Origin: Octopus vulgaris
Taxonomy: Eukaryota
Assembly (NCBI GenBank): GCA_951406725.2
Contig: OX597822.1
Coordinates: 109,244,001-109,308,000 of the forward strand
DNA: 64,000 bases
Direction of reading: 5' to 3'
Both the position numbers and the translations under genes were made by a program. The stretch's first letter is position 1, and the number at the start of each line of letters is the position of its first letter. Positions 41,801-56,660 of this stretch are shown in pieces. The notes under the pieces are model-generated. The model saw nothing but the letters and a program-made list of their open reading frames with translations. It was not told the origin of the DNA and did not search any database.

Positions 41801-42784
41801 ACATGTATATAATGTCTTTCTGTCGCATTTCCCTCATCGTAATTTTATTTTGTCCTTCCAAGCCATTTGACATTCTAAATGCCATGTACAACCTGGAACG
41901 TTAATTATCGAATTTCTTTGAGCTTTATCTTTAATAATGAGAAGTTACTGCTAATTATTATTGCATATAATAAAAGTAATATATAATACTGTGAGTAATA
42001 ATATTAACAGTATCAATGCGTGAAATTATATATTTTAAAACGTTATTACTATTCTCACATATTTTGTTTTCTTACTGCTTTCCTTATTACACATATAATG
42101 TTGATAATATTATTAGTATTTACGTATTATCACATTTAACATCTCAATGGTATACTGAATGTTTACTATCGAAGACATATCGAATGACTATGGCACTCTC
42201 AAGTTTCCATCCTTCCTTTCCATTGCAATATAATTCCCCAGAAACCAAACAGTTTCCAATAGCAACGTCTTCCACAGACTTTCTCAATGTATCTCCGTTA
42301 CAAACCTCGAAACCTACGACTATAATGTAGATTTTGCAGACTCCATGGCACCAAATAGTGCTGAGCTATAAAACAATTTCAATTGCCTACATTTCGGAAA
42401 CTTCTTCGACTTTTGACATCTGTCAATTATCTTTCTTTATCCTTTTCATATACTTTGTGAACCCTTGGCCGTACAACGCTAATTATCTGACAAAGTCTTT
42501 TCTCTTTTACATCGCTAATAATTTCAGCATCTTATGACGTGTATTTCAGAGTTATATTGGACATTGAAATCCCAAAATAGCTGCTACGAAATTAAAATAA
42601 TAGACATGCTACCTTTTCTCTTATATTTCTCCCACAATTTTCAGGACAAAGCACACGCAGTGCTCACATGCTTTAGAGAGTTGCATTCATAGTGTGTTTG
42701 TTATTTCTCCTTTATATGTGTTACGTTTCCATCATAATACCCCAAGGATTTGCCATATCTTATAATTTTATCGTTTATATTTTA

Positions 42785-42975
42785 ATTGTTTCAATCATTA
42801 GACTCCAGTCACTACTTTGAAGTATTCTTAGTCGATGATATCGACACCAATACACAGGTTTTCCGGGCTGGCATATTTTTTGTCGGTAATTTTTTGGGGT
42901 AATTTACACGGACTGAAATACACCAAAAGCGGTCGTCAACGGAGCGTTGAGTGAGAAACAATGATACAAAGACAC
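42785..42975 (-). mobile_element. Decayed SINE family A 3' fragment
   Basis: ttgtttcaatcattagact...tcgacacca...tacaccaaaagcggtcgtcaa. Confidence 0.55.
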
Positions 42976-43023
42976 ACATATACATACAAAAACATACTTA
43001 CATACGTGCGTGTATATATATAG

Positions 43024-43097
<74 letters not shown>

Positions 43098-43124
43098 ACA
43101 TATATATATATATATATATATATA

Positions 43125-43265
<141 letters not shown>

Positions 43266-44460
43266 GTACATATACATATATATGTACATATACATATATG
43301 TGTACATATACATATATATCTATCCGAATGAATTTATCTTCGTCTTTAATAGGAATCTTTTCTATAGATTTCTAATGTCGTTTCCTCATACGTTATTTAC
43401 GAATTTCTTCAAATACATTGTATAGGAATGAAAGTATGTAAAGAAATAATCAATATCAGACTCGATTTATTAAACAAAGTTTAATAAATTCCATCAAATA
43501 AATGAAATGAAGCAGATTGGATGTTAAAATGGATTATACTCTTCTTCCATATTCCCAGACAATTGTTTCGGACAAAAGGACCAACATTTCCATAAAGGGG
43601 AAATTCATAATAATTATATTGTCTATTGATAATTGACTTTTATGTAATAGACAAATAAATAACTATATAATCTATTAATCGATTTTACATGCTAATACTA
43701 GCAGCCTGATTACTTAAAATCATAGTACAAATGACGGAAGACGGATAGCAAATTTTTAAATATGAATAGAAAATAACATGTAGCTCCTTATTTGGTATTT
43801 CTGAACGTGCATACACATACGTCTTGACCATTATTTTCTATACAGAGAATTTTTTAATGAAATATATATTGAATCTAATAGCGAGAAAATCAAAAATTAA
43901 AAAAAATATGGATATTTAACCAGACAAGTCCATTAATGTTTTTAATCTCGATACAAATAATTATGTGTGTAAGAAATAATATAATAATAGCTAAATAAGA
44001 ATGATAACTTAGAAAATCATTTTCTTTTTGTGCCTTATAATGTAACACACTCATCGGTAAAATTTCCACTTATTTCTTATTTCTATTTTCCTATAAATTT
44101 TGCAAGACGCCACGAAACTTTTAGGAAAATAAAAATAGTAAACTTAGCGGTGGTGCCCCAGCATGGCCGCGGCATTCGGACTAAAACATTTTTAAGGATT
44201 TAAGGATTTAGGAAATATTGTGTGTATATTTTAAACGTAATTCTGTTTATTTTTATTCTACTTTAAATCTCACCTACCGAAGAGTACCAATTCGACCTTT
44301 ATGATCTCTCTAGGGAATTCTTGGTCCTTGTGTCCGAAACAATTGTCTTGAAGTATGAAATAAAAGCATAAATCATTTTAACCTCCGTCCTGCTTCATTT
44401 CATTTATTTCATGCAATTTATTAAATTTTGTTTACCACAGTTTGATATTGATTATATCTT

Positions 44461-44525
<65 letters not shown>

Positions 44526-44547
44526 GCACGAACACACACACACATAC

Positions 44548-44581
<34 letters not shown>

Positions 44582-44753
44582 GTTTGTTGAAATGGAAAGA
44601 TGAATTATCTTGTTACGGATTATTCAAAAGCTTAACCGATACCTGGGTAGCAAAAATCACAGCAGAAAAAACACGGTTGGAGATATGACCATATGGTGTT
44701 GCAACCGTGCGTTGGTGCGGATAATTGAAGTTTAATATAATTAGTGAATATAA

Positions 44754-44806
44754 TTAGTGAAAGGCCACAATTTTCCAAATTGTGGCCTTTGAAACATGTG
44801 TAGAAT
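44754..44806 (+). ncRNA. Degenerate hammerhead-like motif with perfect 13-bp stem II
   Basis: ttagtga-aaggccacaattt tcc aaattgtggcctt-t-GAAAC-atgt-GTA. Core and stem I are degenerate; sits in a ~280-bp insert between (TA)n tracts. Confidence 0.4.
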
Positions 44807-44859
44807 GTAATAAAAGGAATTCTGTACAATCTTCGTTCAACTCCATTTCTTCCATTCAC

Positions 44860-44935
<76 letters not shown>

Positions 44936-45094
44936 ATAGTTTCAAAATCTCTAAACGAGAGATACAGCAGCAGTACTGGGTATAAATATTTATTGCCAAA
45001 CTAACGTGGGAGTTCAGAGAAATAGCACGAGTGCTGCTAAGTTTGATTATGTTTTATAAATACAAGGAATAGGTTTATTCATCAAACCTTAACC

Positions 45095-46093
45095 CTAATT
45101 TTCCAGTCCGGAACTGTAAATGTCTGGCAATCTAGAGTCAATAAAATCTTCGAAGGCCTGTCTTCCACCCTCGTCGGAATTAAATCTTTTTCCTACCAAA
45201 ATGTTATCTAAATTCTGGATGAAATAGTAGTGAGTGGGAGCAAGATCAGGTGAGTGTGGTGGATGATGGAGAACTTCCAACTCCATCTCCTGTAGTTTTG
45301 TCAATGTCCTTTTGGCGATGTGTTGTCTGGTGCTGTTTTGCAATAAAATAGGAGTGGATCTGTTGACTAAAGTAGGCTGTTTTTCTTTAAGTTTCTGCAT
45401 CATGTGGTCCCGTTGTTTGCCGTATACTTCGCTGGCTCGTCTATGCCCAACCATTGTGCTGAAAGTTCCCAGTCATCACATGTCATAATTCGGTTCAAAA
45501 ATTATTCATGTTTGTGAGATAAATTAGCATAATGCAGGCTTCCAAACGTTGCTGTTTCTGATTTTCTTTGAGTTTATATGGAACCCACTTATCCAACTTT
45601 TTCACTTTACCGATCTGAACAAAGCTTGTCAATATTGTTTACTTACTTACACCAAATAACAACGATAATTCACGGGCACTTTGAGATGGATCTGACTCGA
45701 CGGGGGTTTTCATTCGTCATTATCCACCTTTGTTTCTGACCGATAGCGTTTCTCATCTGTGAGGTCAAATTTATGAGAACGAAATTTTGCAAATCAATTC
45801 TAAATCTAGCTGCTGTGTAATAACATTAGAATGAAATGCTCCATTAATATTCCAAGCTGTCTGTGATGCTGTGTTTCCAATAAAGAACCCATATTTCTGA
45901 ATTGTACGGCTTTCAGACTTGACCATCTCTAAAAAAATATCAAAAATTGATTTCAAAATACTTCATAAAGCGCAAAATGTGTCAGGTTTTTAACAAAAAG
46001 TATAGATTCTAAAAATATAATTATGACGCGAAATAAGAAGCTGTCAATTTTTACCCTATACCTTACTATAAATTTCATATATGACAACCTAAT
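45095..46093 (-). pseudogene. Internally deleted mariner transposon
   Basis: N-terminal KSE.RTIQKYGFFIGNTASQTAWNIN and C-terminal ILLQNSTRQH...LEVLHHPPHSPDLAPTHY (mariner HPPYSPDLAPxDY motif); TIR-like ttaggttgtc end. Confidence 0.93.
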
Positions 46094-46206
46094 ATTTATT
46101 GTCAGCAAGGGGTGGTTGATGACCCCCCACCACGTTCGAAGGTGTTTTGGACGCAGATTTTTGTTTACCACAGTTTGATATTGATTATATCTTTATACAC
46201 ACACAC

Positions 46207-46250
<44 letters not shown>

Positions 46251-46689
46251 GCACGAACACACACATAAAATGAGTTAGAGGCCATCGCCACTCGGAGCTA
46301 ATCAACAGCAGAATTCGTACTATATCTCTGGACTTCCACGTTAGTTTGGCAATAAATATTAATACCCAACACGTCTACTGTAAGTCTCTTTTAGAAAGGC
46401 TAAGTTTCTATAAAATTTCTATTTTTGAAAATCAGGGAATATGTTTCACTGAACATATATAGATAAAACCCTCGAACAGACGGTCAACAGCGGCTCCTAT
46501 TGGACTCAACTACTTCTCACTGAGAAGAAGAAACTACCCAGAAACTGGGCAGTAGTTGTCTAGCTAGCAAGTGGTAGTTGATGACCTCACCTACTCGATA
46601 GTTTTATGGACGCAGATTTGTGCGCCATATAGATAGCTAAAGGCGATCGTCTCTCGGAGCTAATAAGCAGCCACTGCCACCTTTTTTGT

Positions 46690-46724
<35 letters not shown>

Positions 46725-46726
<2 letters not shown>

Positions 46727-46880
46727 GTAGTACCACGCGCTTCTGTTCAGTTTCGGTGTATCAAATTTACTTGCAAGATTTTATTCGGGCCTCATTTAAA
46801 GTTGGAGACGCCCAATTCGGGGGATTGAACTCGGAACCATGTGTCTAGAACATTAACACCTTACCAGCCAACCGCGCCTA
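46725..46880 (-). mobile_element. Decayed SINE family A head
   Basis: ttcagtttcgg..caaattta..ggattgaactcggaaccatgtg..gcgcc. Confidence 0.6.
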
Positions 46881-47084
46881 TATAATACAATTAACTAATT
46901 TCTTAGCTATTACAACTCATGATATTATCTTGCTGTATCCATGTCGGTGTTACTAGCTAAAATACTCAAATTCTTATCTCTCAATCGATGGCGTTGTAAC
47001 GCATCAAGCACATAGTAAAATGTGGGAGAATCCGTGATGGCATATGCGAACGACGTGACCGTCATAATGTCGAAGACTAGGCAC

Positions 47085-47560
47085 TGCTTTAAAAGTACAC
47101 TTGGCAGTGACTGGAGCAAAAGTTAACCAAGAAAAGTCAGTGGCTTAGCACCTAGAGAGGCAGGTCCCTGTCATCCATCAACATTGTGTGACGCGGGGCG
47201 GTAAAACTGTTTTGGCCGGATCCCCAGGTGGTGAAGAATTGTGATGAAGTGAAGACCTACGTAGCCAATCTCACGCAGAAGTGGTGATGTATATATATTT
47301 CTTACCTTGTCCTAGTTTACATCTGACCAGAGTGGAGCGCATACACTTACGCTTTCTGTGGAAGGGACGTGTTTCACTGGTCAGGCGCTATATTCGCAGG
47401 CAACACTCGCTAAATGGAGGATTCTGCATGCCGGGGATGCTGATATGCAGGCATGCACCAAGGCTACTATATCTCGTAGTCTGCCTTGATGACAATCAAG
47501 TGTGGTCACTATTGGTCATAATCACTCTCCCACAGCTCGTCTTTTTGACTGCCCGCAGTC
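47085..47560 (+). pseudogene. Decayed L1/Tx1-clade LINE RT C-terminal fragment
   Basis: AVTGAKVNQEKS and LRFLWKGRVSLVRR...NGGFCMP match the GAKVNxxKS and FLW..GGLGxP motifs. Confidence 0.8.
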
Positions 47561-47934
47561 CTGAATGAAGCGTAGGACGAGAACGGGCACATGTCGCATA
47601 GAGTCATGTCAGGCCACAACAGTTCCCTGTCAGTCCGATAATGGACCTCATTATCGGACTGACAGCCGCACTTTGTCGTTCTGTGGAGAGTAAGCACCTT
47701 ACATGAGCAACGAACTTTTCGGGGGAAATCTGAACGCCGACAAGAATCAACTGGCATGTCTAGATATTTTTTCTTGCTATTGCTAGCAAAGAGATTTACA
47801 TTTTTGACATAAAGTCTACAAGCATTAAAGTGCTATCTGCTCGACTTGCCAGAGGTGCTTGCAGAACAACGAAATAGTTCTGCACCATCACGAGCACTGT
47901 TGATGCACTTCAAATTTTGCACAAAGCAAGCATG

Positions 47935-48105
47935 TTCGTAGCAGGGGATAAGTCGATTACATCGACCCTAGTACTCAACTGGTACTTATTTTATCGACCT
48001 AGAACGAATTGAGAGCAAAATCAAACTTGGCGGAGCTGGAACTCAGGTTGAAAAAAACGGACGAAATGCTGCTAAGGTTTTTGTCCAAAGTGCTAAACTC
48101 CGACA
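47935..48105 (-). mobile_element. Decayed SINE family B
   Basis: aagtcgattacatcgacc..aactggtacttattttatcgacc..gaactcag..gacgaaatgc. Confidence 0.8.
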
Positions 48106-48632
48106 CAGCTCGACATTCTTGTGACAATATTAATTTTATGATAAAACTGATAAGAAATGAATTATTAAAATTACTATTCGTATTATCCATATCAATTTCT
48201 TTTCATTTTATTTATGTTGATTTTACTAATATCATCATCGTATTATCACTCTTTAACAAGGCAACTGTTTGGCAATTATCTATGTTTAGCGATGGCGATA
48301 TTTTAAATGAGTGTGAAGCGATCAGGTTTCCATTCTTCTATTATATTGAAATACAAAAGAAATGATACAAATTCGGTAAAGAAAGAATCACTGATTTAAC
48401 CAACAAAAACGTCTAAAGCTAGGGAGGAGAAAATATCAATGTATTTTCAATAGAATATTTAAGAGTATATTGCAATTATCTCCCTAATTGAATATTTACC
48501 AGTCAATTTGACAAGAGATCTATTTACGTTCTTCAAGTAAGAGAGCAAATATAACATAATATCATTAGAGAACAAAAAAGATAATAATAATACAGAAGGT
48601 GAAAGAAAGCGAGATATGGGTGAGAGAGATAA

Positions 48633-48677
<45 letters not shown>

Positions 48678-48984
48678 AGCACATGAAGTAATTATCGCAA
48701 AGATCGCTGTTCTTGTTTGTCGGTTTTGTGTTTATACTCTCAAATTAAATGTTTACGACGAATTTTAAACAATATTTCTGTTGGGTTTGCTTTTTTTTGA
48801 GGGGGGCGCTATCAATCTAATTATTCTATCTAAAGAAACTCCATCGGAATTTTCAGATAAATAATTTCAACATTATTCACAATAATTTACTATTGGTTAA
48901 GAGTATAAACTAATTTTGCAAATATTTTGACCTAATTCTGTGCAAATACAATGCAACGTATATTCCAAATACATAACTTTTATC

Positions 48985-49158
48985 TTTTACCTGTTTCGGT
49001 GATTATACTAATGACGTGCTCGGGACAGCTTACAAATTTTAGTAAATTAGTTTTAAAGACTAGTAGGCCTTCTGTTGGTTTCTTTTCCTAGGCGCTAACT
49101 TAAGGGAATGCAAACACCAAAAACGGTTGTTAAATAGTTATGGGGGCACAAAACAGAC

Positions 49159-49228
<70 letters not shown>

Positions 49229-49345
49229 ACACACAAAAGGTTTTGGTCAGCTCCATGCTATGGTACAAAACACTTGTGCATTGTGTTACGCAGTGGGACT
49301 GATCCTGGAATCGCAAGACGAAAACAGGAACACTCATACACACAG
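48985..49345 (-). mobile_element. Highly decayed SINE family A
   Basis: cacttgtgc..acgcagtgggactga head remnant, (CA)n middle, caaacaccaaaaacggttgt. Confidence 0.55.
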
Positions 49346-49629
49346 ATGCGCACATACGCAGATATATTTGTGAGTGTAGTGTGTGTGTGTGTGTGTTTGG
49401 TGTAGGAGTGTCTATATCTGTGTGCGCGTGTATCTGTATGTGGGAGAAAGTGCATGTGTTTGTATGCGTCTACATTATAAAAATCCATTTCGATAATAAC
49501 ATTGTAAAATAACAATAAAAATCGAAATATTAGCATTCACATATGTCACTTCGAAATATTCTCTCAAGATATACCAAGAGACAGGATATACATAAACTAA
49601 TAATAATGAATATTGTTTATCACTTATCT

Positions 49630-49830
49630 TTTCTCTGATTCAGTCATTAGACTGCGGCCATGTTGGGCACCGCTCTGATTTTTTTTCTGTCGAACACATC
49701 GACCTTAAACTTGGTTTTGAAGCTTAGTACTTATCTTATTTATCACCTTTTTGCCGAACCCCTACAATACGGGCAACACCGGTTGTCAAGCTGTAAATGG
49801 GAGAAACAGAGACTCTGATACATACATAGA
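49630..49830 (-). mobile_element. Decayed SINE family A 3' half
   Basis: cagtcattagactgcggccatg..tttgccgaacc..caacaccggttgtcaagc. Confidence 0.75.
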
Positions 49831-50330
49831 TATATACACACACTTACAAATTGGAATATACGTGAATTTATTTATAATTACGACAATTGCATCGAGAAAT
49901 TTAACATCGATGCCTCAAATTTGAGACACTCAACAACTGGTTCAGGAGCATCGGGGTGGTGCAGATGTATCTCGTCGGGTGATAAATGGATACTAGTCGT
50001 TAAAAGTAACATTTATGCAATGTAACTTCTCGTTTTGTTGAAAGAAAAGAAATCAAACTGGGAAAATAACTTCATTTATAGAGAATATTAAAAATAAAAT
50101 CACGGTTGGCAAAAAGATAAAAGAACACGCAATCCATCGAGAAAAATATCTCAAATAACCGTTAACTACCATAGATGTATATACACGTTCGGGAAGCTGC
50201 ATCGCGCGAGAACATTCGATCATACAAGCATATGCAAAAACGAGAGTATACACGCACGTAGTTTGATGCACTCATGATCACAAAGCGAGATAGATCGATA
50301 GATAGGTAGAGATGTGTATATGTATATGTG

Positions 50331-50540
<210 letters not shown>

Positions 50541-50939
50541 CTTTATATTATTTCAATTAATCATCATTATCTAAAATACAATGAACATAGCTTATTGTAA
50601 GCTATATTTTAGATAGCTGTGAAAAAGATATCTTAACTTAAGTTTAATTAGTGTATGACTCTCAATTAGTTGGTCATAGAAGTTTTGGATGCCTTGAAGA
50701 AGGGCTATCTGCACTGTTGTGGAAGTAAATGCTTGCCTTAGACGCCTGCGTAATTTCATAAGCCAATAAAATTGAAAAATTGGAATGTCGTAAAAAAATA
50801 TATCGGTATATTCTGAGAAAATGTAATGCCTTTTTGTTAATAAGCTGTCATTTTATCAACTTAACACTCAGCAATTCTCGAAGAAATTCACCTTGACATT
50901 GTCGGATCTCATCCTTGTTTTATAAAAAAGTGTATTGTT

Positions 50940-51160
50940 TCCAAATTTTGGCACAAGGCCAGCAAGTTCTGAGGGGAGGATAAGTCGACACAAATTCTCA
51001 ATTTGCATTTATCGACACAAATTCTCATTTGCATTTATTTTATCGTCGCTCCCCATTGCACAAAAGGCAAAGTCGACCTCGAGGGAATCTGCGCTCAGAA
51101 TGTAAATTAGGACGAATGACACTAGACATGTTGCTCGGCATGCCAACGATTCTGCCACAA
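50940..51160 (-). mobile_element. Decayed SINE family B
   Basis: ggcacaaggccagc..aaggcaaagtcgacctcg..gctcagaa..gccaacgattctgcca. Confidence 0.75.
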
Positions 51161-53023
51161 AAATATTAATGATATTTTTGTCTTCATCTAAGCTCCATTA
51201 TAGCGAGTATTTCTATTGTTGAGCAGCAGACCGATCCTATTTCTCAATATTTGCACTGAGTTGCTTATGTTATACAATCAACACAACATTTCAAACACTA
51301 CATATAGTTATTGAGATAATTGGAACAAAAACTGATGACAAAGCTGAAAGTATTGTTTCCGCAATAAAAACATTAATAATGAGAGGTAAATGACGAAACT
51401 CCAAGGGATAATGATAATTAAAAATACATCATTTTCCAATCATTTTCAATATTTTCTAGCGTAAGTAAACTATACTCTTTCAGACACTTCACCTCATCTG
51501 CTGTATTAATGCTCTTGGGAATCATAATAATGTTAGAAAATATCTTAGAATATTAAGTGAACATTCTTTGTCTGAAAATGAAGGCAATAATTTCCAATAA
51601 TTAACGCCATATAATCACAGCTAATTCAGCAGAAATTCATCTAAAGAAAATTATTCCAACATTTTTTTTTCTGCAGGAATTTGCTAAATATATTTCTTTT
51701 CTTTTTTTTTAGCATCCGTTATAAATTAAGGCCGTTTATGTACAGTTTTTCAAAACTATATTTGATTGAGAGCACTATTTCGTAGTCATGATTTTCATGT
51801 GTCATACAGTATAAACTTCATAATTATGCTAAAGATATCAGATAAAAAGCCTAAAAAATACATGAAAATAAACATTTAAATAATTTCCAAATATTTTTCT
51901 CTTTGTTGTCCAGGAAAACATGTTCGGACATAATTGGTATTTTGCTTTATCTGACCTGATGTCAACTGCTACTATAAAAGTTTAGCGAGAACCAAACATA
52001 CTATAAATTTGACATACGCGCGTAACCATGCACATCTCACACAAGGGTAAACGCGGATTTATACTTATATGAAATCAGAAAAAAAACCAGGAGAAAGGAC
52101 AGATACACAAACAGAGAAAGAAATACGTTCAGGGTCTATAATAAATTAGGGAGGTTCTTGGCAGATAGACTGTCTGGTTGTATAAGAGATCTACTTAGTA
52201 AGATTGTCTAGACGTAATACAAAGTGATCGAGACTGAAAGCCAGCTGATGAATTCGTGTAAATGCATATATGAAATTAAAATAAATGGCTTTGTTTGCTT
52301 TTGATAAATAGAATATAATTGATGTTTCCACTTTCTTTCCTTTCACATTCTTTATTAAATTGAACAGTTTTGAACGACGTTTATACGCAATATACTCTAT
52401 ACAACATTAGCACAATAACTGCTTCTGATAATTTCGTGTGAGCGTGAGTGAGTGTGTATGTGTGTGTTGAGAAATCATTTGTGCGTAAATGTGTTTGTAT
52501 GTGAAAGAGAATAAATTAATGATTCTTAAAGTATATATAACTGAGTTTCAAGATATGTAAAGTTAATTCCGTGTAAGTGTCTTTGCACACATCATTTTAT
52601 CTTATATAACTGATTGTTTGTACATATACATATGCTACCAAGTGTAGCCGAGATGCAAGTACGTTTGAATGCGGAGGCGCATGTAGGAGAGTAAATATTT
52701 GTACGAATTCAAGTATTTAAGCGTGAGAGGTTGCGTGGGTATAATTACGATCTTTTATTAATGTTTGCGTGCTAATCGCTATTTATTTTGAACGAATCTA
52801 AAGTATGTTGTAATAGCGCAGACAATTGCGAAATTTGAGTCAATGATGTTCAATTGTTTGTGGTTTATCCTGCAAAGGAAGCGATATATGTCGGCTGCAC
52901 GTTTCAAATATCAGCATCAAAACTCTCTCACTCTTTATATGTATATACATGTATATATATATATATATATTTATATATATAAATCTAAATGTATATACAT
53001 ATATTTATGTATGTGCGAATATC

Positions 53024-53064
<41 letters not shown>

Positions 53065-53074
53065 TATATGTGAG

Positions 53075-53355
53075 TGTGTTTGAGTGTGTGTGTGTGTGTG
53101 TGTGTGTGTTTGTGTGTGTATACGCTTGTTTGGATGAATAGGCTTGCACATTTTCAGAAAATGATCTAATTTGGAAACGAATTTGACCTGAGACCGTACG
53201 TTGCAAAAGAGAAATGGCAAATTGAAGGTATAACGTTAAAAGATTTAGAGCCCAAAATATTAGATAACATTTATTTGTAAATTGAAAAATACCTAAAACT
53301 TATATATACACACATACACACACAAACACACATAAGCACAGATACGCACACACAC

Positions 53356-53394
<39 letters not shown>

Positions 53395-54861
53395 AATATG
53401 TGACCTCGTGAGTACCGCTGGCGATTTTCTTTTCCACTGTCTTCCCTTCTCGAGATCATTCCTTCTCCTATGTTTCCGACGAAGAGCTCCGCTCGAAACG
53501 TTAAAACCTCCTTCTTCCCTTCTTTCCTGTGCGTCCAATAATACTTTATTTGTTCCACGTCCTCGCGTTGCTGTGTTTTTTTGTTTTTTTGCGTTTTCTT
53601 TTTTGGATTAACTATATATATATATATATACACGCACACATACATACACATGTGTTTATACGTAACCGGTATGAACTTACTTCTCTTAATCCATTATACT
53701 CACATTTAAATCACAGATATTCTATCTGTTTCTCTATACAAACATGATGCAATACCCTTTTCTTTCTTGTATATGGGATAGTGTAAGTTATTTTCATGCT
53801 TATGTCTTCCTATGAAACCTGAAAGCATTCCGATAGTTGAAATACTGTCTTCGTGGAGAGAGAAAAGTGTATACTTTTATTGACTAACGTACCTTGTTCT
53901 CCTAACTGGATATTGGATTTTTACGTTGCGTTCATTAAATATAATAGCATCCACTTACAAAAATATATTACAGCGACTTATTAAATATTCATTATTGATA
54001 CTAATAGACCTATTATTCCTAATTTACAATGAAAAAAATAATATCCGTGCCATCATATAATTGACCTCCTGATAACAGTATCACAGGTAAGACTGTTAAC
54101 GTATTCAAGTTTAACTTAATGTGAGTATTTTATTGCTTTATATCATTATATGAAAGTGAAAAATAACCGAGTTTATTGCCGGTTTAATTGACGGAAAGTC
54201 AACAAATCCACCTCGGCTTCCTTTTATATTCATCTAATAATCGCTGTTAATGACGCGTATATAAATACTTCTACACTTCCACGCTTTTATAAATCTATAA
54301 ACACAACTAAACTACATCTCCGATTTATTTGTTCCATATGTCACTCTCTTCTTTTCTCTACCCTCCCCATCCGTCTCTCTTGCATATATATTACTGCATC
54401 TGTGAAAACGGACATACACATTGCCCCAAAATTGAGGCGCCATATATTAAGCAATCTATTAAGTACGTCATTAATTATCAGATGACAGGTATATATATTT
54501 AGATATCAATGTCTATCTCTATATTGGCATCAATACTCCACTTATATTTCACCGATTCTCTTATCGTCTTGTTTTCTTTTTCCATCTTAACCTCTCTTTA
54601 CTTGATAGTCTCACTATCTGTCTGTATACATGGGAAAATATAAGCTTATTAAATTTATATAGACACTCGCACATGCACCAAAATTACTGAACGGAAGGCA
54701 GATGAGTAGTGAGAAGAAGAAATAAGGTATATATATATATATATATATATATCGATGTGTGTGAGTGTATGTCCTTGTATATATACCAATACAAATAAAA
54801 TATCCATTTATTTGAGTACACTTAGGTGCATATGCATGTGGATATATGTGTGTGTGCTTGT

Positions 54862-54893
<32 letters not shown>

Positions 54894-55901
54894 GCTGTGT
54901 GTGTGTATGCACTTGTTTGGATGAGTATGCTTGCGCATACTCATCCAAGGAATTTAATTTGGAATGGAATCTGACTTAAGATCGCATGTTTTAAAAGAGG
55001 GATGGCAACTTGAAGGAACGATGCTAAAAGACTTAGAGGCAAACGTATTGAGTACATATCCATTCAAAAGTTGAAAAAAACACATAAAACATACACATAC
55101 ACAGATACACAAACATATACACACATACACGCACACACATACATATATATATATATATACTCACACATACATACACGCATATTTATGCATAACCGGTACG
55201 AAATTACTTTTCTTAATCTGTTATTTCCCAATATTCGAATAGGGTTTCTATGTTTAAAAATAATACAACAGACATTTCTTTCTTGTGTCTAGGATCGTAT
55301 AACTTAGTTTCAACATGAAATCTTCCTATGAAACCTGAAAATATACCAATACTTAAATTACTTTCTTCGTGGAGAAAGAAAAAGTGTATACTTTTATTGA
55401 CAAATGTGCATTGTTCTAACTGTATCTTAAATTTTTATGTTGCCTTCATTAAATGTAATAGCATCCTCTTTCAACAGTGCATAACATTGACTTACTAAAT
55501 ATCCAATATTTACACAAAATGTACCTATTATTCCTAATTTTCAATGAAAAAATAATATTCTTACTCTCATATAATTTCAGGTAAGTCTGTTAACGTAAGA
55601 CTGTAAAGGTATCACAGGTAAGACTGTTAACGTATTCAAGTTGCACGCAATGTGAGTATTAATTTGCTTTATGTCTTTATAAGAAAGTGCAAAAGAACCG
55701 AGTAGATTGCCGATTTAATTGATGTAAAGTCAACAAATCCACCTCAGTTACCTTTTATATGCACCTAATAATCGCTGTTAATGATGTGTATATAAATACT
55801 TCTAATCTTTCACGCTTTTATAAATCTATAAAACCAACTAATCTATATCTTTGATTTATTTATTTCATATACCACTCCTTTATTTTCTTTCTCTACTCTC
55901 C

Positions 55902-55941
<40 letters not shown>

Positions 55942-56270
55942 ATATCTTACTGTGAAAACGGACATACGCATAAGTCCTTAATTAAAGCACCATATATTCA
56001 GCAATCTATTAAGCACATCATTAATTTTCATATGACAGGCATATATTTAGATATCAATGACTATCAGTATTTTGGATCAATATCCCACTTATATTTCACT
56101 GATTCTCTTTTTCTCTTGCTTTCTTTTTCTATCTGTCCCTGTTTTTGTTTGATAATCGCACTATCTAACTGTACACATGAGCAAGTGAAAGTTTATTAAT
56201 TTATATAGACGCTCGCACATGCACCAAAACAGTGAACGGAAGACAGATGAGTAGTGGGAACAAAAGAATA
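53075..56270. repeat. Old tandem segmental duplication: copies ~53075-54725 and ~54860-56270
   Basis: Collinear similarity from cttgtttggatga to gaacggaag-cagatgagtagtg, roughly 80% by eye. Boundaries lie in microsatellites; the first copy carries an extra insertion. Confidence 0.92.
53389..53613 (+). mobile_element. Short PLE-type element with minimal hammerhead (53472-53507)
   Basis: gttt-CCGACGA-a-gagc-tcc-gctc-GAAACGTTA-aaac. Inserted in (TA)n and absent from the paralogous duplicate. Confidence 0.8.
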
Positions 56271-56280
56271 GGGTTTAATT

Positions 56281-56347
<67 letters not shown>

Positions 56348-56352
56348 GTCTG

Positions 56353-56397
<45 letters not shown>

Positions 56398-56398
56398 G

Positions 56399-56456
<58 letters not shown>

Positions 56457-56494
56457 AATCAATCAAACTCTCTCTCTCTCTCTCTCTCTCATAT

Positions 56495-56551
<57 letters not shown>

Positions 56552-56660
56552 ATAAACTTACTTGAAAATGGATGCATGGTGTTCAATCATATAATAATAT
56601 AAATAAATTATATATACATACATGTACATACTGAGACATATATGTATATACATATATATA

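Noticed and set aside
44040-44210. Hairpin tattttccta..taggaaaata plus a SINE-like tail
   Set aside because: It is a fragmentary repeat and no complete motif could be assigned.
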